A DNA stretch of 43,747 nucleotides from a virus. Its lineage: Duplodnaviria; Caudoviricetes. The translations under genes were made by a program, and so were the position numbers. The DNA lies in IMG/VR virus record IMGVR_UViG_3300032125_000008, positions 1 to 43,747 of that record. One strand, 5' to 3'. Of this stretch, positions 26,855 through 35,840 are shown in pieces; the first letter of the stretch is position 1, and each line of letters opens with the position of its first letter. The notes below the pieces were generated by a model that did no database searches, was not told the DNA's origin, and was given only the letters and a program-made list of their open reading frames with translations.

Positions 26855-29080
26855 TTATTCACCTTCATCATTAAATGTAGTTGTCTTAATGTAACCACGA
26901 ACCATGAAATCTGTGCCATCTTCTACACGCTTCATAGTCACATTACCGTGTTCACGTAGTGCTTTAATTAGTGACCGTCGTACTCCTTGATTGTTAGTTA
27001 ACTCTTGATACAGGTCATCTAATACACTTACCATTACTTCACCTGACTGTATAGCCTTTGCTACATGCTCGCAAGCATAGTCTAAACATAACTCTGTCAA
27101 GTAATCAAACTTGCGTTGTTTGAAGCAATAAGCTATCCGTGCAGCTGCATGCATGTTATCAGCTATCAACTCAAACTTGCCTTCAAACATCGGTGGTCGC
27201 ATATAATCAGCAGCAGATAAAGGTTTAACTTCAGTAGCTAAGTAGTAGCAAAAGTCATTGACTGTATCTATAATAGTGTTAAAGACAATTTCTATGCCGC
27301 CTTTCTCTTCAACCCATTCTTGATCTGCTAATACGTTAGGTGTGTTAAACAAAGCTATCCGCCTGTCATTATCGTCTAGCATAAGCGGATTCTTGTTAGC
27401 TGTCATTATGAACGTCATGTTATGCTCATACGTATATGAGTTCATTCTCATTTCACGTATGTCAACTTTACGTTTACCGGTCATTGCTTTCAACTTACCG
27501 ACTGCTTCTTCTTTCTCTCGCATTGTGGACAAGCTATCGCCATACTCATCTAACTCTACGAAGTACGCGCCCATAACCCAACGGTTAAACTTGTCAAGGA
27601 ATTCGCTAGCTGATGGTGATGGTACAAGCCCGAATATCTCTTCTATGATTCTTACGAAAGTACCTTTGCCACTTCCTGGCACACCAAGAAAATATAACAC
27701 AACTGGTGAATACTTAAACGTAGACAGCTTTGTCTTCAGAAAGCTAAGCAGATAATCTTGCATCAGCGGATCAGGTATAAGTGACTCAAAGAACTTTAAA
27801 GTTATCTCTGGCTTCTTGTACTTCTCTGCATAGTCTTCCGGTTCGTAGAAAATGTGCAAAGCAGGAGTCGCTTTAAAAGTATTGAAATCACGCTTAGTAC
27901 TGTCATTACCAGCATTAAAACCAAAAGGCTTGTGAGGATATGTAACTGTCCGAACAAGTGGCACACTATGTATAATATCCTTCTTAGTTTTCGGTGTAGC
28001 AGTAACAGCTTGCAAATGGTTATACAAGTCAGTGTCACGTGCAAATGAAGAGTATATACCTCTACTACTGTCAACTGAGTAATGAACTTTAGCTAAGTCG
28101 TCGTACACAATTTCTAGCGTACTCTGATCCTTGGTTGTGAATATGGACCTATACTGTTCCCACTGGTCATCGTACTTCCATATCTGCACACCATCTATAC
28201 TTGATTTGTTATTCAGCATAGGATCAACTACAGTTGAGTCAAGTCTTGACTGTGGCATTGGGTCATCAAACAACTCATTGATATACACCATTGCTTCAGC
28301 ATACAGCTCTTGACTGATACTGACATCAGAACCGAGTATAGCACTCACTGAACTAAGATACGTGCTGCCTTCTCCCTCTGGTACATTATTCGGATGCAAG
28401 TGTGCACTTTCTAAATACTGTTTAGTTTGTCTGAATCGCTTCGGTGTTATAATTCTAAACAAGCCGGGCATATAATCACCTCGACTTTGCACAAACTGTT
28501 GAACTAGTGGTGCGAGGAAATTAGCTGTAAACAAATTAGTATTCTGTGTGCTAGTATCAGTTGCTACTTGTCTTGTGCTTTTGTACAACCGCGTAAGTAA
28601 GCTAACAACACTATCAGGTAGTTCAGGAATGTTTGGTAGTGGTTCTGCAAGTGGAACCTTAGTTTTATTTGAAGTAGTTGGTAAATACACGAAACCATTG
28701 TTACTATAAAAGTCAAGTGCTAACCCGTCTTCATTTATAGAGAAATTCTGAGCTAACTCTTCATTGTACTGGTATATTAATGTACCAGCTTCTTTACCCT
28801 TGCCTTTACTGATAAACACAAAGTCGTTATACGGATCGAGTGTACGGAACATAGCCCACGTAGTAGCATTGTCGCAATCAATAGCAATTATACCTGACAC
28901 TTTACCAGTGATAGTACCGCCGAGCTTGCTGTTCTTAACGTTACGCTCTTCTTGGTATCTCTCACGCCAATTAGACTGGTACTTGGGTATAGTCTTGGAG
29001 CCATCCTCGTTGCGTTTCAGTTCGCCATTTAGTGGCACTGTATGCCAATTTAAATCTATATAAGGTTGGATACCGCTCAT
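26855..29080 (-). CDS. bifunctional primase-polymerase (prim-pol) fused to SF3 helicase
   Basis: N-terminal G.ITG..SGIIAIDCD; C-terminal GVPGSGKGT, VELDE, MTAN, DRR. Confidence 0.88.
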   Translation of the reverse strand: MSGIQPYIDLNWHTVPLNGELKRNEDGSKTIPKYQSNWRERYQEERNVKNSKLGGTITGKVSGIIAIDCDNATTWAMFRTLDPYNDFVFISKGKGKEAGTLIYQYNEELAQNFSINEDGLALDFYSNNGFVYLPTTSNKTKVPLAEPLPNIPELPDSVVSLLTRLYKSTRQVATDTSTQNTNLFTANFLAPLVQQFVQSRGDYMPGLFRIITPKRFRQTKQYLESAHLHPNNVPEGEGSTYLSSVSAILGSDVSISQELYAEAMVYINELFDDPMPQSRLDSTVVDPMLNNKSSIDGVQIWKYDDQWEQYRSIFTTKDQSTLEIVYDDLAKVHYSVDSSRGIYSSFARDTDLYNHLQAVTATPKTKKDIIHSVPLVRTVTYPHKPFGFNAGNDSTKRDFNTFKATPALHIFYEPEDYAEKYKKPEITLKFFESLIPDPLMQDYLLSFLKTKLSTFKYSPVVLYFLGVPGSGKGTFVRIIEEIFGLVPSPSASEFLDKFNRWVMGAYFVELDEYGDSLSTMREKEEAVGKLKAMTGKRKVDIREMRMNSYTYEHNMTFIMTANKNPLMLDDNDRRIALFNTPNVLADQEWVEEKGGIEIVFNTIIDTVNDFCYYLATEVKPLSAADYMRPPMFEGKFELIADNMHAAARIAYCFKQRKFDYLTELCLDYACEHVAKAIQSGEVMVSVLDDLYQELTNNQGVRRSLIKALREHGNVTMKRVEDGTDFMVRGYIKTTTFNDEGE

Positions 29081-29634
29081 TAAGTATACTCCCTCATACG
29101 TAGTTTTTTATAGAGTGTATCACGAGCAACGCCATGCTGCTTAGCTAAGGATTCAACTGACGTGCCATTGTCAATTAAGTGGTATATTGATTGCCACTGC
29201 TCTTCAGTCAACTCTACTCGTTTCTTACGTTTACGGAGCAGTCCATATTCTTTAGCAATGCCATGTACGTATGATTGAGACACGCCATTGACATCAGCTA
29301 TGTCTGTCTGGGTCCTGCTACTATCTTCACGCAATGATCTAAGGACACAAGCCTTTAAAGAATTATCAATATTTTTAGGTGTAAGTGCACTATCATTGTA
29401 TAAAGCATAGTTAAGCTGAGACTGAGATAGCGACCACCGTTTAGCTATTTGGTTTAGTGATAGCTTTGATCTTGCTTCTATGACATCAAGTGCAAGACAG
29501 ACAGTCACAGGCGTTTCGGGATATTGCTTACGATATTGCTCTTGTGTTATATCCAACTTAGCTAATATAGTGTCTATACTTATTGAGGTGGTTGTTATAA
29601 GCTGACGAGCAAGAAGCAGAGTATCTTCGTCCAT
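29080..29634 (-). CDS. multi-HTH DNA-binding protein
   Basis: Three HTH-like segments: SLNQIAKRWSLSQSQL, TQTDIADVNGVSQSYV, SVESLAKQHGVARDTLY. Confidence 0.75.
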   Translation of the reverse strand: MDEDTLLLARQLITTTSISIDTILAKLDITQEQYRKQYPETPVTVCLALDVIEARSKLSLNQIAKRWSLSQSQLNYALYNDSALTPKNIDNSLKACVLRSLREDSSRTQTDIADVNGVSQSYVHGIAKEYGLLRKRKKRVELTEEQWQSIYHLIDNGTSVESLAKQHGVARDTLYKKLRMREYT

Positions 29635-29650
29635 AGTATTCTAACCTTTG

Positions 29651-29685
29651 AAGAAAATAAAGAGAGACCGAAGCCTCCCTTTATT
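29651..29685 (-). terminator. rho-independent terminator with UUCG loop
   Basis: Minus strand AAAGGGAGGC-UUCG-GUCUCUCUUU followed by AUUUUCUU. Confidence 0.85.
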
Positions 29686-29704
29686 ATGTGGCTATAGCTG
29701 CTAC

Positions 29705-30196
29705 TTACTCAGAATCACGTGCTTCGCTGTCTGCAATGCACTCTTCAAGTGTTTCAAAGCCATAACCGTCTTCACGTGGTTCGATCCGTGCAGTGTCTTC
29801 AGCAATCCGTTCTTGCTCGCCGGCAATATCTTCAATTGCAAGCTCGCCTGAAGCAACTAGGCCGAGCAGTTCAGCTTCTTGAGACTTAGCTTCGCGTTGT
29901 TGCTTAGTCCATTTGCTGACGCCGTCTTTACACATGTTGTTAAGACCTGTTGGGCTGGTAGCTTTCTTACCGAACTCAACAACTTCAGGGTTCATCCACA
30001 ATTTGTGGTAGTAGCACTTGATTGCATCTACTTCGCCAGCTTCATTACGATGAAACGCTGTTGCTTTACCGCCGCCTGCACCAGTCTTGGCACTAGCCAT
30101 ATCGATAACATCTTGCAGCACGTCGCTTACCTTAGCACCTTCGTTAGCTTGCAACAGTTCAACAATACCTTGATACGCTTTCTTAATTGTAGCCAT
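29705..30196 (-). CDS. hypothetical protein, paralogue of 32287..32781
   Basis: Own promoter and terminator; CYYHK.W and G.N.MCK.GVS.WTKQQR motifs. Confidence 0.85.
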   Translation of the reverse strand: MATIKKAYQGIVELLQANEGAKVSDVLQDVIDMASAKTGAGGGKATAFHRNEAGEVDAIKCYYHKLWMNPEVVEFGKKATSPTGLNNMCKDGVSKWTKQQREAKSQEAELLGLVASGELAIEDIAGEQERIAEDTARIEPREDGYGFETLEECIADSEARDSE

Positions 30197-30264
30197 GTCT
30201 ATTCTCTCTTCTTAGTGGGCACCAGTGGTGCATAAGTAATTAAATTAATTTATTCAACAACTTC

Positions 30265-30315
30265 ATTATGTCAAAATAACAGAACCTTGTATACGGCTAA
30301 TTGAAATTATTTTTA
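30265..30315 (-). promoter_or_regulatory. promoter TATACA-17-CATAAT (extended TG) with UP element
   Basis: -10 at 30265-30270, -35 at 30288-30293. Confidence 0.65.
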
Positions 30316-30612
30316 ATTATTTGCCTTAGCTTCATGAGTAGCTATAATTTTGCGCAGTGTACTACAATGTACTTGTACTGTCTTTCTATCATAGTTCCAC
30401 TCACGACATATCTTCTTTGGTACCCATAACTTTACGTCGTTCATTAGATCTAAAAGTACGGACTTCTCTGTTTCTTGCAAGATGTCTTTATATGTAACTA
30501 GCATATGATAATACAAGCGATCCACTTTAAACTTAGTCTCAAGCCTTGTACCATGTTCACCTTCCTCATATCTGGCATAGTCATTATAAGCTTGGTCTTC
30601 ATGGAAGTTCAT
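30313..30612 (-). CDS. hypothetical protein
   Basis: AGGAG RBS; ETEKSVL...LWVPK..C motif typical of small phage SH3-like proteins. Confidence 0.7.
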   Translation of the reverse strand: MNFHEDQAYNDYARYEEGEHGTRLETKFKVDRLYYHMLVTYKDILQETEKSVLLDLMNDVKLWVPKKICREWNYDRKTVQVHCSTLRKIIATHEAKANN

Positions 30613-30625
30613 AGTATACTCCTGA

Positions 30626-30838
30626 TTAGAGAACTAAAAAAGACTCAAGTCTTTCTATACGCTCTAGCATGTTTAATAAAGTAGCACGATATACATCTTC
30701 ATTAATTGGATTGACAGCTGCACAATACGGACAGTGCCACCCATTAGTTAGCACCTCTTCATCTGTAGGATAGTCTAGACCATTACTGTGGTTACACTCA
30801 ACGCAATATGAATAGCTCATGTTATATCCCTTCGTCAA
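30626..30838 (-). CDS. zinc-ribbon protein
   Basis: CVEC...CPYC plus C-terminal coiled coil. Confidence 0.65.
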   Translation of the reverse strand: MTKGYNMSYSYCVECNHSNGLDYPTDEEVLTNGWHCPYCAAVNPINEDVYRATLLNMLERIERLESFLVL

Positions 30839-31116
30839 AAGCCTTCGGCTTGAGACCTTGTGGAATCAGTGCCTTGATTCAACAATTTCTCTTTAGTGTT
30901 AAGTGTCTGGTTTTCACGATGCTGTCTGCGTCTAGCCCTTGTCTCGCTTGCTGTTGATAGTATATAACAGTCTTCGTAGTTTTCATCGGTCTGCATTAAT
31001 CGCCACCACTCTTTCAACTTGTTACTAAGGTGTAATATAACGGTGAGCATTATAAGTTGCGATATTAGCAAGACAACAGGTGCAACAAAGAAATACCAGA
31101 TAGGATCACCGCTCAT
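30835..31116 (-). CDS. hypothetical membrane protein
   Basis: N-terminal TM helix; overlaps neighbours. Confidence 0.45.
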   Translation of the reverse strand: MSGDPIWYFFVAPVVLLISQLIMLTVILHLSNKLKEWWRLMQTDENYEDCYILSTASETRARRRQHRENQTLNTKEKLLNQGTDSTRSQAEGF

Positions 31117-31291
31117 TGTCTAGCTCCTTTAGCAGCTTAAGTAGTTGTGAATGGCAATAGTAGAATTCTACAGCGTTATAAGCCAACGCTTTGCCTTCCA
31201 TTTCTCTTTCTACGTTTGCTGCTTTCATAGCCTCCACTTCAGTCAGTATTGCTTGAGTTGTTACGAATATCTTTAACTGTTGGTGTGTCAT
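31106..31291 (-). CDS. hypothetical protein
   Basis: GGAG RBS; EAMKAANVERE..G.ALAY pattern. Confidence 0.65.
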   Translation of the reverse strand: MTHQQLKIFVTTQAILTEVEAMKAANVEREMEGKALAYNAVEFYYCHSQLLKLLKELDNER

Positions 31292-31525
31292 GTATAGTAC
31301 TCCAATGATTTAATGATTAGTCTTATATAAACATAAAATATACTTGCTTACTCTATAGTACCTCGCATTTCATGGCTTACTTAGTAGTACGTGGATCATG
31401 GCTTAAGGCTTACTTAGCAGTGCCCAGCTTATTGCTGGTTCAAGGTCTGAGGACATAAGTATAAGTATACAGAATAGCAGGATAAACTGCATGGCAGACT
31501 TATGTACGGAGAGAGTTCTTAGCAG

Positions 31526-31628
31526 TTGCTTAAACATTTTATAGCCTCTTTAGTGAATTGCTTAAACATTTTATAGCTGCTCGAGCTAGTGAATTGCTTA
31601 AACATTTTATAGCCTCTCTAGTGAATTG
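31526..31628. repeat. three direct repeats TTGCTTAAACATTTTATAGC-N5-9-TAGTGAA (iteron-like)
   Basis: Copies start at 31526, 31558 and 31594. Confidence 0.9.
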
Positions 31629-31832
31629 ATAGCATGTTTGCTGTAATGTATATATGTAGAATATCTCAATGATTTTATGATTGGTTCTGGTTGCACGCAT
31701 ATACGATATACATGATATAATCATATATATATATATATAAATGTCTATATATAAATAATCATTAAATCATTATAATAATATATAGTACATAAGAGCAGTA
31801 TGAAGATGCTCGCTGTATACTTAGATTAAGCC

Positions 31833-32048
31833 TTAATATACATACTCGTAGTATAGTTCAAAAGGACACAGATTAGCACTCTCACAGTACTTTAGCATAC
31901 TGTCTACATTCTCTTGTATCACATCTGTGTCTACTACATTAGTGGACAGACACTCTTTAGCCCTCTCATCGAAGTGATACATAAGGCCTTGATGATCTAA
32001 TTCACGTAGAAACTCTATAACGTCTTGCTTACTATCGAAGTTATTCAT
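31833..32048 (-). CDS. hypothetical early protein
   Basis: GAGGAGG RBS, TAATG coupling with the upstream ORF. Confidence 0.7.
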   Translation of the reverse strand: MNNFDSKQDVIEFLRELDHQGLMYHFDERAKECLSTNVVDTDVIQENVDSMLKYCESANLCPFELYYEYVY

Positions 32049-32218
32049 TAGACTACACCCTCCTCAAACCATTGTACGTACTTATGGTTAGCCGTATAAG
32101 TATAGTTTATCGGCATAAGTACTCTGGCTAGCCAATACTTCCCGCTAACCTTAGCTTTAGCCTCAGCAATACTCATGGCCTTAGCTGTGCCACTCAAAGT
32201 CGTGATATAGTAGTGCAT
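32048..32218 (-). CDS. 56-aa hypothetical early protein missed by the ORF track (MHYYITTLSG...WFEEGVV)
   Basis: AGGAG RBS; stop overlaps the next ATG; translated by hand. Confidence 0.65.
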   Translation of the reverse strand: MHYYITTLSGTAKAMSIAEAKAKVSGKYWLARVLMPINYTYTANHKYVQWFEEGVV

Positions 32219-32286
32219 AATAGTACTCCTGTACAGTAAAAGACTTAATTGAGCACCCTCCTTAAGGATGCTCTATAAGCCCTCTG

Positions 32287-32781
32287 CTATAGCTCTTCGT
32301 TCACTGCATTGTTGTGCACTTCAAGAGCTTCATCTGCACTGGTATAGCCTTGACCATCTTCACGTGGCTTGATTTTGCTAGCTATCTCTGCAAGCTTCTC
32401 TTGCTCGCTAGCGATGTCCTCAACTGCAAGCTCTCCACTAGCAACCTTATTAAGGATACCAGCTTCATCTTGTTTCTTAGCTCGCTGCTGCTTGGTCCAA
32501 TTACTAACACCCTCTTTGCACATAGTGTTATAACCTGTAGCAGTGCCCTTCTTGGAGCCATAAGCAACATCCCTGACTAGCTCCCAAGTCTTATGGTAGT
32601 AGCAATAGATAGCTATAACTTCACCCTCATCGTCTTTGATGAAAGTATTAGCTTGACCGCTAGCATTATTCTTACGCTGCATCATTTCTATAAGCTGAGG
32701 CATGATTGTAGCCACTTTCTTCGCTTTATTAGCTTCCAAAAATGCATGCAGTTCTTCGTATTGCTTTTTGACATTAGTCAT
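32287..32781 (-). CDS. hypothetical early protein, paralogue of 29705..30196
   Basis: GGAGG RBS before MTNVKKQY; same motifs as its paralogue. Confidence 0.85.
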   Translation of the reverse strand: MTNVKKQYEELHAFLEANKAKKVATIMPQLIEMMQRKNNASGQANTFIKDDEGEVIAIYCYYHKTWELVRDVAYGSKKGTATGYNTMCKEGVSNWTKQQRAKKQDEAGILNKVASGELAVEDIASEQEKLAEIASKIKPREDGQGYTSADEALEVHNNAVNEEL

Positions 32782-32870
32782 GATTGCCTCCAACGGCATT
32801 TAGTTGAATGCTTGATGCACTCACTTAAGACTCTATGTTACCACAAAGTCTTAAGGGTGTACATCTTTAT

Positions 32871-33053
32871 TCAAAGAATAACTTCACTAACCTCAAAACG
32901 GAGAGTTAGCTGCAACATCTTTTGCTCCCATAGCTCAAGGTCCTTAAAAGCCTCTAGCAAAGCTTTCTCTACTGCAAGCATAGTCTTTTCATCAACATCA
33001 TCTTGATTATGAAGAGCAGTGAATATCTGCAGAATGTTGTAGTACTGTCTCAT
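32871..33053 (-). CDS. first early gene, hypothetical
   Basis: AAGGA RBS; directly downstream of the promoter at 33096. Confidence 0.55.
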   Translation of the reverse strand: MRQYYNILQIFTALHNQDDVDEKTMLAVEKALLEAFKDLELWEQKMLQLTLRFEVSEVIL

Positions 33054-33095
33054 GAGTAATTTCCTTGCTTTGCTGTGTTTCGATTCAGTAAAAAC

Positions 33096-33137
33096 ATTAT
33101 CTCACACTTTTACTGGTTTGTTAAATAATCTTTTGGA
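33096..33137 (-). promoter_or_regulatory. early promoter TTAACA-17-GATAAT (extended TG) with TCCAAAnnnTTAT motif
   Basis: -10 at 33096-33101, -35 at 33119-33124. Confidence 0.7.
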
Positions 33138-33157
33138 ATAAGGTTATTCTATTTTGA

Positions 33158-33475
33158 TATGGTCTTCTCTTAATAATGTGTGCGCGCGTGAATATCATGT
33201 TTTCATGAAGAAGTAAACAATTATTTGAATTATTTTTTCTTGCGCTACTTTCGCTTGAAAGTACAATCATATTTAGCTATGATGCTAATAGCTTTTGACT
33301 ATGCTGAATGCTTACACTATTCTAGCTTGAAAGTACAATACTATTTAGCTATGGTCTTCTATTTTTATTGTGAGCACGCGAGTAGCATGAATTAGCTTGA
33401 AAGTAAACAATTATTTGAATTATTTTTCACTACACTAGTTTAGCTTGAAAGTACAATAACTTTTTAGCATATGCT
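33158..33475. repeat. imperfect ~190-bp tandem duplication with internal GCTTGAAAGTA repeats
   Basis: Exact 27-mer at 33211 and 33401; TATGGTCTTCT at 33158 and 33350; GCTTGAAAGTA at 33253, 33325, 33395 and 33443. Confidence 0.88.
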
Positions 33476-33718
33476 TATAGCCATAAAGTAGGCGGGGGTG
33501 GGCTAGGGACAGTCCTAGGGGTACTTAGTATTGGGACATTTGGATTTTGTATATGTATCACTAATGTGCTTTAATAAATTTATATAGAGCGCCATGCATG
33601 TTTAATGAATTTACATCTATAGTGCCGTGCGTGTTTATTAAATTTATATAGACCCACGCCCTCCATCCGTTTAAGGAAGTACCGTGCAGTGTACCCGAAG
33701 TACCTGCACGGCTCACAG

Positions 33719-35353
33719 TTAGATAGCGAAGTCTCCAGCGCCAGAGGTTTGCCCGTAGAACGTCTCCATCTTAGATTGATGTTGTGCAGCTGTTTCGATT
33801 GTATTAGCTGCTAGTTGACGAAGCGCGTCCGCTCCATGTGAAAATTCGTCGTGAACAGGAGTTTTCTTCCAGCACTGAAGTTTATCGTCCCATTCCTTAG
33901 AGTAATTAAAGAAGCAATCAATTATGTATCTGCACGAAGCATCCACCATCACGTTAGGTATGATACGACGAACCGCTTCAATGCCATTCTCTATTGAAGA
34001 TCTGGGCAAAACATCAATGCGCCAATTAAGCTCTTCCTCTTTTCTATACTCCATGACCGTATCATATCTGCTCTTCGCTCTACCGTTTTCTTTAGCTATT
34101 CCTAATTCGCGTACTCTTATGTCGTGAGGGAAACGTAGTGCTCGAACATCGAACTTGGATCCACGTATGTAGTCTAGGTAATGCTTCATTGCATATCCGT
34201 TGTTCCAGTACTCTCCTACAATGCGCCACTTACCGCGATACCACTGTACAAACACAAGTACAAAGTAATCATCGACACCTAGATCGATGTAAACATCTGT
34301 AGGTAGATTCGGATCATACAAGTCTTTGATAACTCCGCTCTTGCGAACAACTTCTTCGTTGAACAAGCGAGCATAAAATGTTCCGTCTTTACTAGCTGTA
34401 AATGCTTCTTCAGGTGTACCAGGGTACTCTTGGAATATGTCACCGCCTAATTCCCGACGCTGTGCTATCCAGAAATTCTTCTGTTGCTTAGTTAGCTGTA
34501 TCTTCAACTTAAATTCAAGGTCTTTAAAATACTCTGCTGCTTCTTCATCTACAGATTGATCTATATCAAGCAAGCAGTCTGGATCATCAACCCAGGACAA
34601 GAACACAGGATAGAAGTCCTTAGGTGATAATTGACCGGACTCAAGAGCTAACACTGAGTCATCCCAAGTGGTTTTAAACATATTCTTGCCTTCAGCAGTA
34701 CTTTCTATGACACCTGTGTTGCCACCAGCAAGTGCCTGGAGTGTACCTGTCTTTACTTCCTTAGCTCGCTTAGGGTATTTATTAGCTATTTTACCCATCT
34801 CAGATACGTGAAGCCGTTGAAGTGTTGTAGAACGAAAAGACACACGAATAAATATAGTCGAGCCATTGCCAAATGAGAATTCTTTAGTATTATCCTTCTC
34901 TAATTCTACACCTATATAGCTTTTAACATCTTCGCTTAGTGTCTCCCACAGAAATTTAGCACGTTCAAGCAAGGTTGAAGCTTCGTCTGTGCCTTGTGCC
35001 ATCAGACCTATGTTCATGAACGGCGCCCACACAGCGTCATCGAAGTAACTAACTAGCCAAAACGTGGATATACCTTGTTGTCTTGACTTCAATATAATTA
35101 TGCGCGGATGCTTGCGCGTGGCCGCGTATACAACGTGTTGCGCGTAGTTCATTCTGAATATACAAGGCTTACCGTACTTGTCGATAACCGAGTATAAGTT
35201 ATTTATGCGCCACAGTTTGTTACTTAGATAACGACGTTCAAAGCCTTCAGTGGTTAGATCGAATGGTGGTGGAGTATCAAAGAAACTATAGTGACCTGAT
35301 AAGTCAGGGTAAAGTTCCTCGAATTGATCTTCAGTGATTCGTAGATTAATCAC
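33719..35353 (-). CDS. terL: terminase large subunit
   Basis: KSRQQGIST Walker A, LHVSE Walker B, ESTAEG coupling motif, QEYP, DLGVDD and SHGADA nuclease motifs. Confidence 0.95.
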   Translation of the reverse strand: MINLRITEDQFEELYPDLSGHYSFFDTPPPFDLTTEGFERRYLSNKLWRINNLYSVIDKYGKPCIFRMNYAQHVVYAATRKHPRIIILKSRQQGISTFWLVSYFDDAVWAPFMNIGLMAQGTDEASTLLERAKFLWETLSEDVKSYIGVELEKDNTKEFSFGNGSTIFIRVSFRSTTLQRLHVSEMGKIANKYPKRAKEVKTGTLQALAGGNTGVIESTAEGKNMFKTTWDDSVLALESGQLSPKDFYPVFLSWVDDPDCLLDIDQSVDEEAAEYFKDLEFKLKIQLTKQQKNFWIAQRRELGGDIFQEYPGTPEEAFTASKDGTFYARLFNEEVVRKSGVIKDLYDPNLPTDVYIDLGVDDYFVLVFVQWYRGKWRIVGEYWNNGYAMKHYLDYIRGSKFDVRALRFPHDIRVRELGIAKENGRAKSRYDTVMEYRKEEELNWRIDVLPRSSIENGIEAVRRIIPNVMVDASCRYIIDCFFNYSKEWDDKLQCWKKTPVHDEFSHGADALRQLAANTIETAAQHQSKMETFYGQTSGAGDFAI

Positions 35354-35840
35354 TAGGAGTGTCTCCTAAAAATTGATTATACTTAGGTGCTGAGTTATCA
35401 GGGTAATTATTTTGCACATTGACTTGAGTCATGTTCTTATTAATGAATGATGTTTGCAGCTTACATAGAATATCAGTAAGTATTTCTAATTCAGAAGGGT
35501 GTTCAGCATATAGTAATAATGAATTAGCTCGTTTATTTATATTTAGCGCAGTTTGCTGTAAAGTTGCACTCAAGTGATCTAAGCCTTGCAGCTTCTCTGT
35601 GAACTCACCGATTTGTTCGCTAGATATAGTTGTATTCGCTAATTCGTCTGTTACTTCATGTAGGATAACATTATCCATATTTAAAAGTGAATCAACAGAA
35701 CCATTCAACTTAGCTTGGTCAAAGTCTCTACGTAGCTTCAAAACAACGCCATAACTAATGCCTAACTCTTCGGCTATGTCTTTAGCTTTCTCATCATTCT
35801 GCAGACGAGATATTACTTTATATTTTTGTTGATCATCCAT
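35346..35840 (-). CDS. terS: terminase small subunit (N-terminal HTH)
   Basis: AKDIAEELGISYGVV HTH; immediately upstream of and overlapping terL. Confidence 0.7.
   Translation of the reverse strand: MDDQQKYKVISRLQNDEKAKDIAEELGISYGVVLKLRRDFDQAKLNGSVDSLLNMDNVILHEVTDELANTTISSEQIGEFTEKLQGLDHLSATLQQTALNINKRANSLLLYAEHPSELEILTDILCKLQTSFINKNMTQVNVQNNYPDNSAPKYNQFLGDTPSD

Noticed and set aside
31526-31628. Mini CRISPR array
   Set aside because: Intervening sequences are only 5-9 nt and two are nearly identical; no cas genes
31539-31724. 61-aa ORF over the repeats
   Set aside because: Arises from repeat and AT-rich sequence; no RBS
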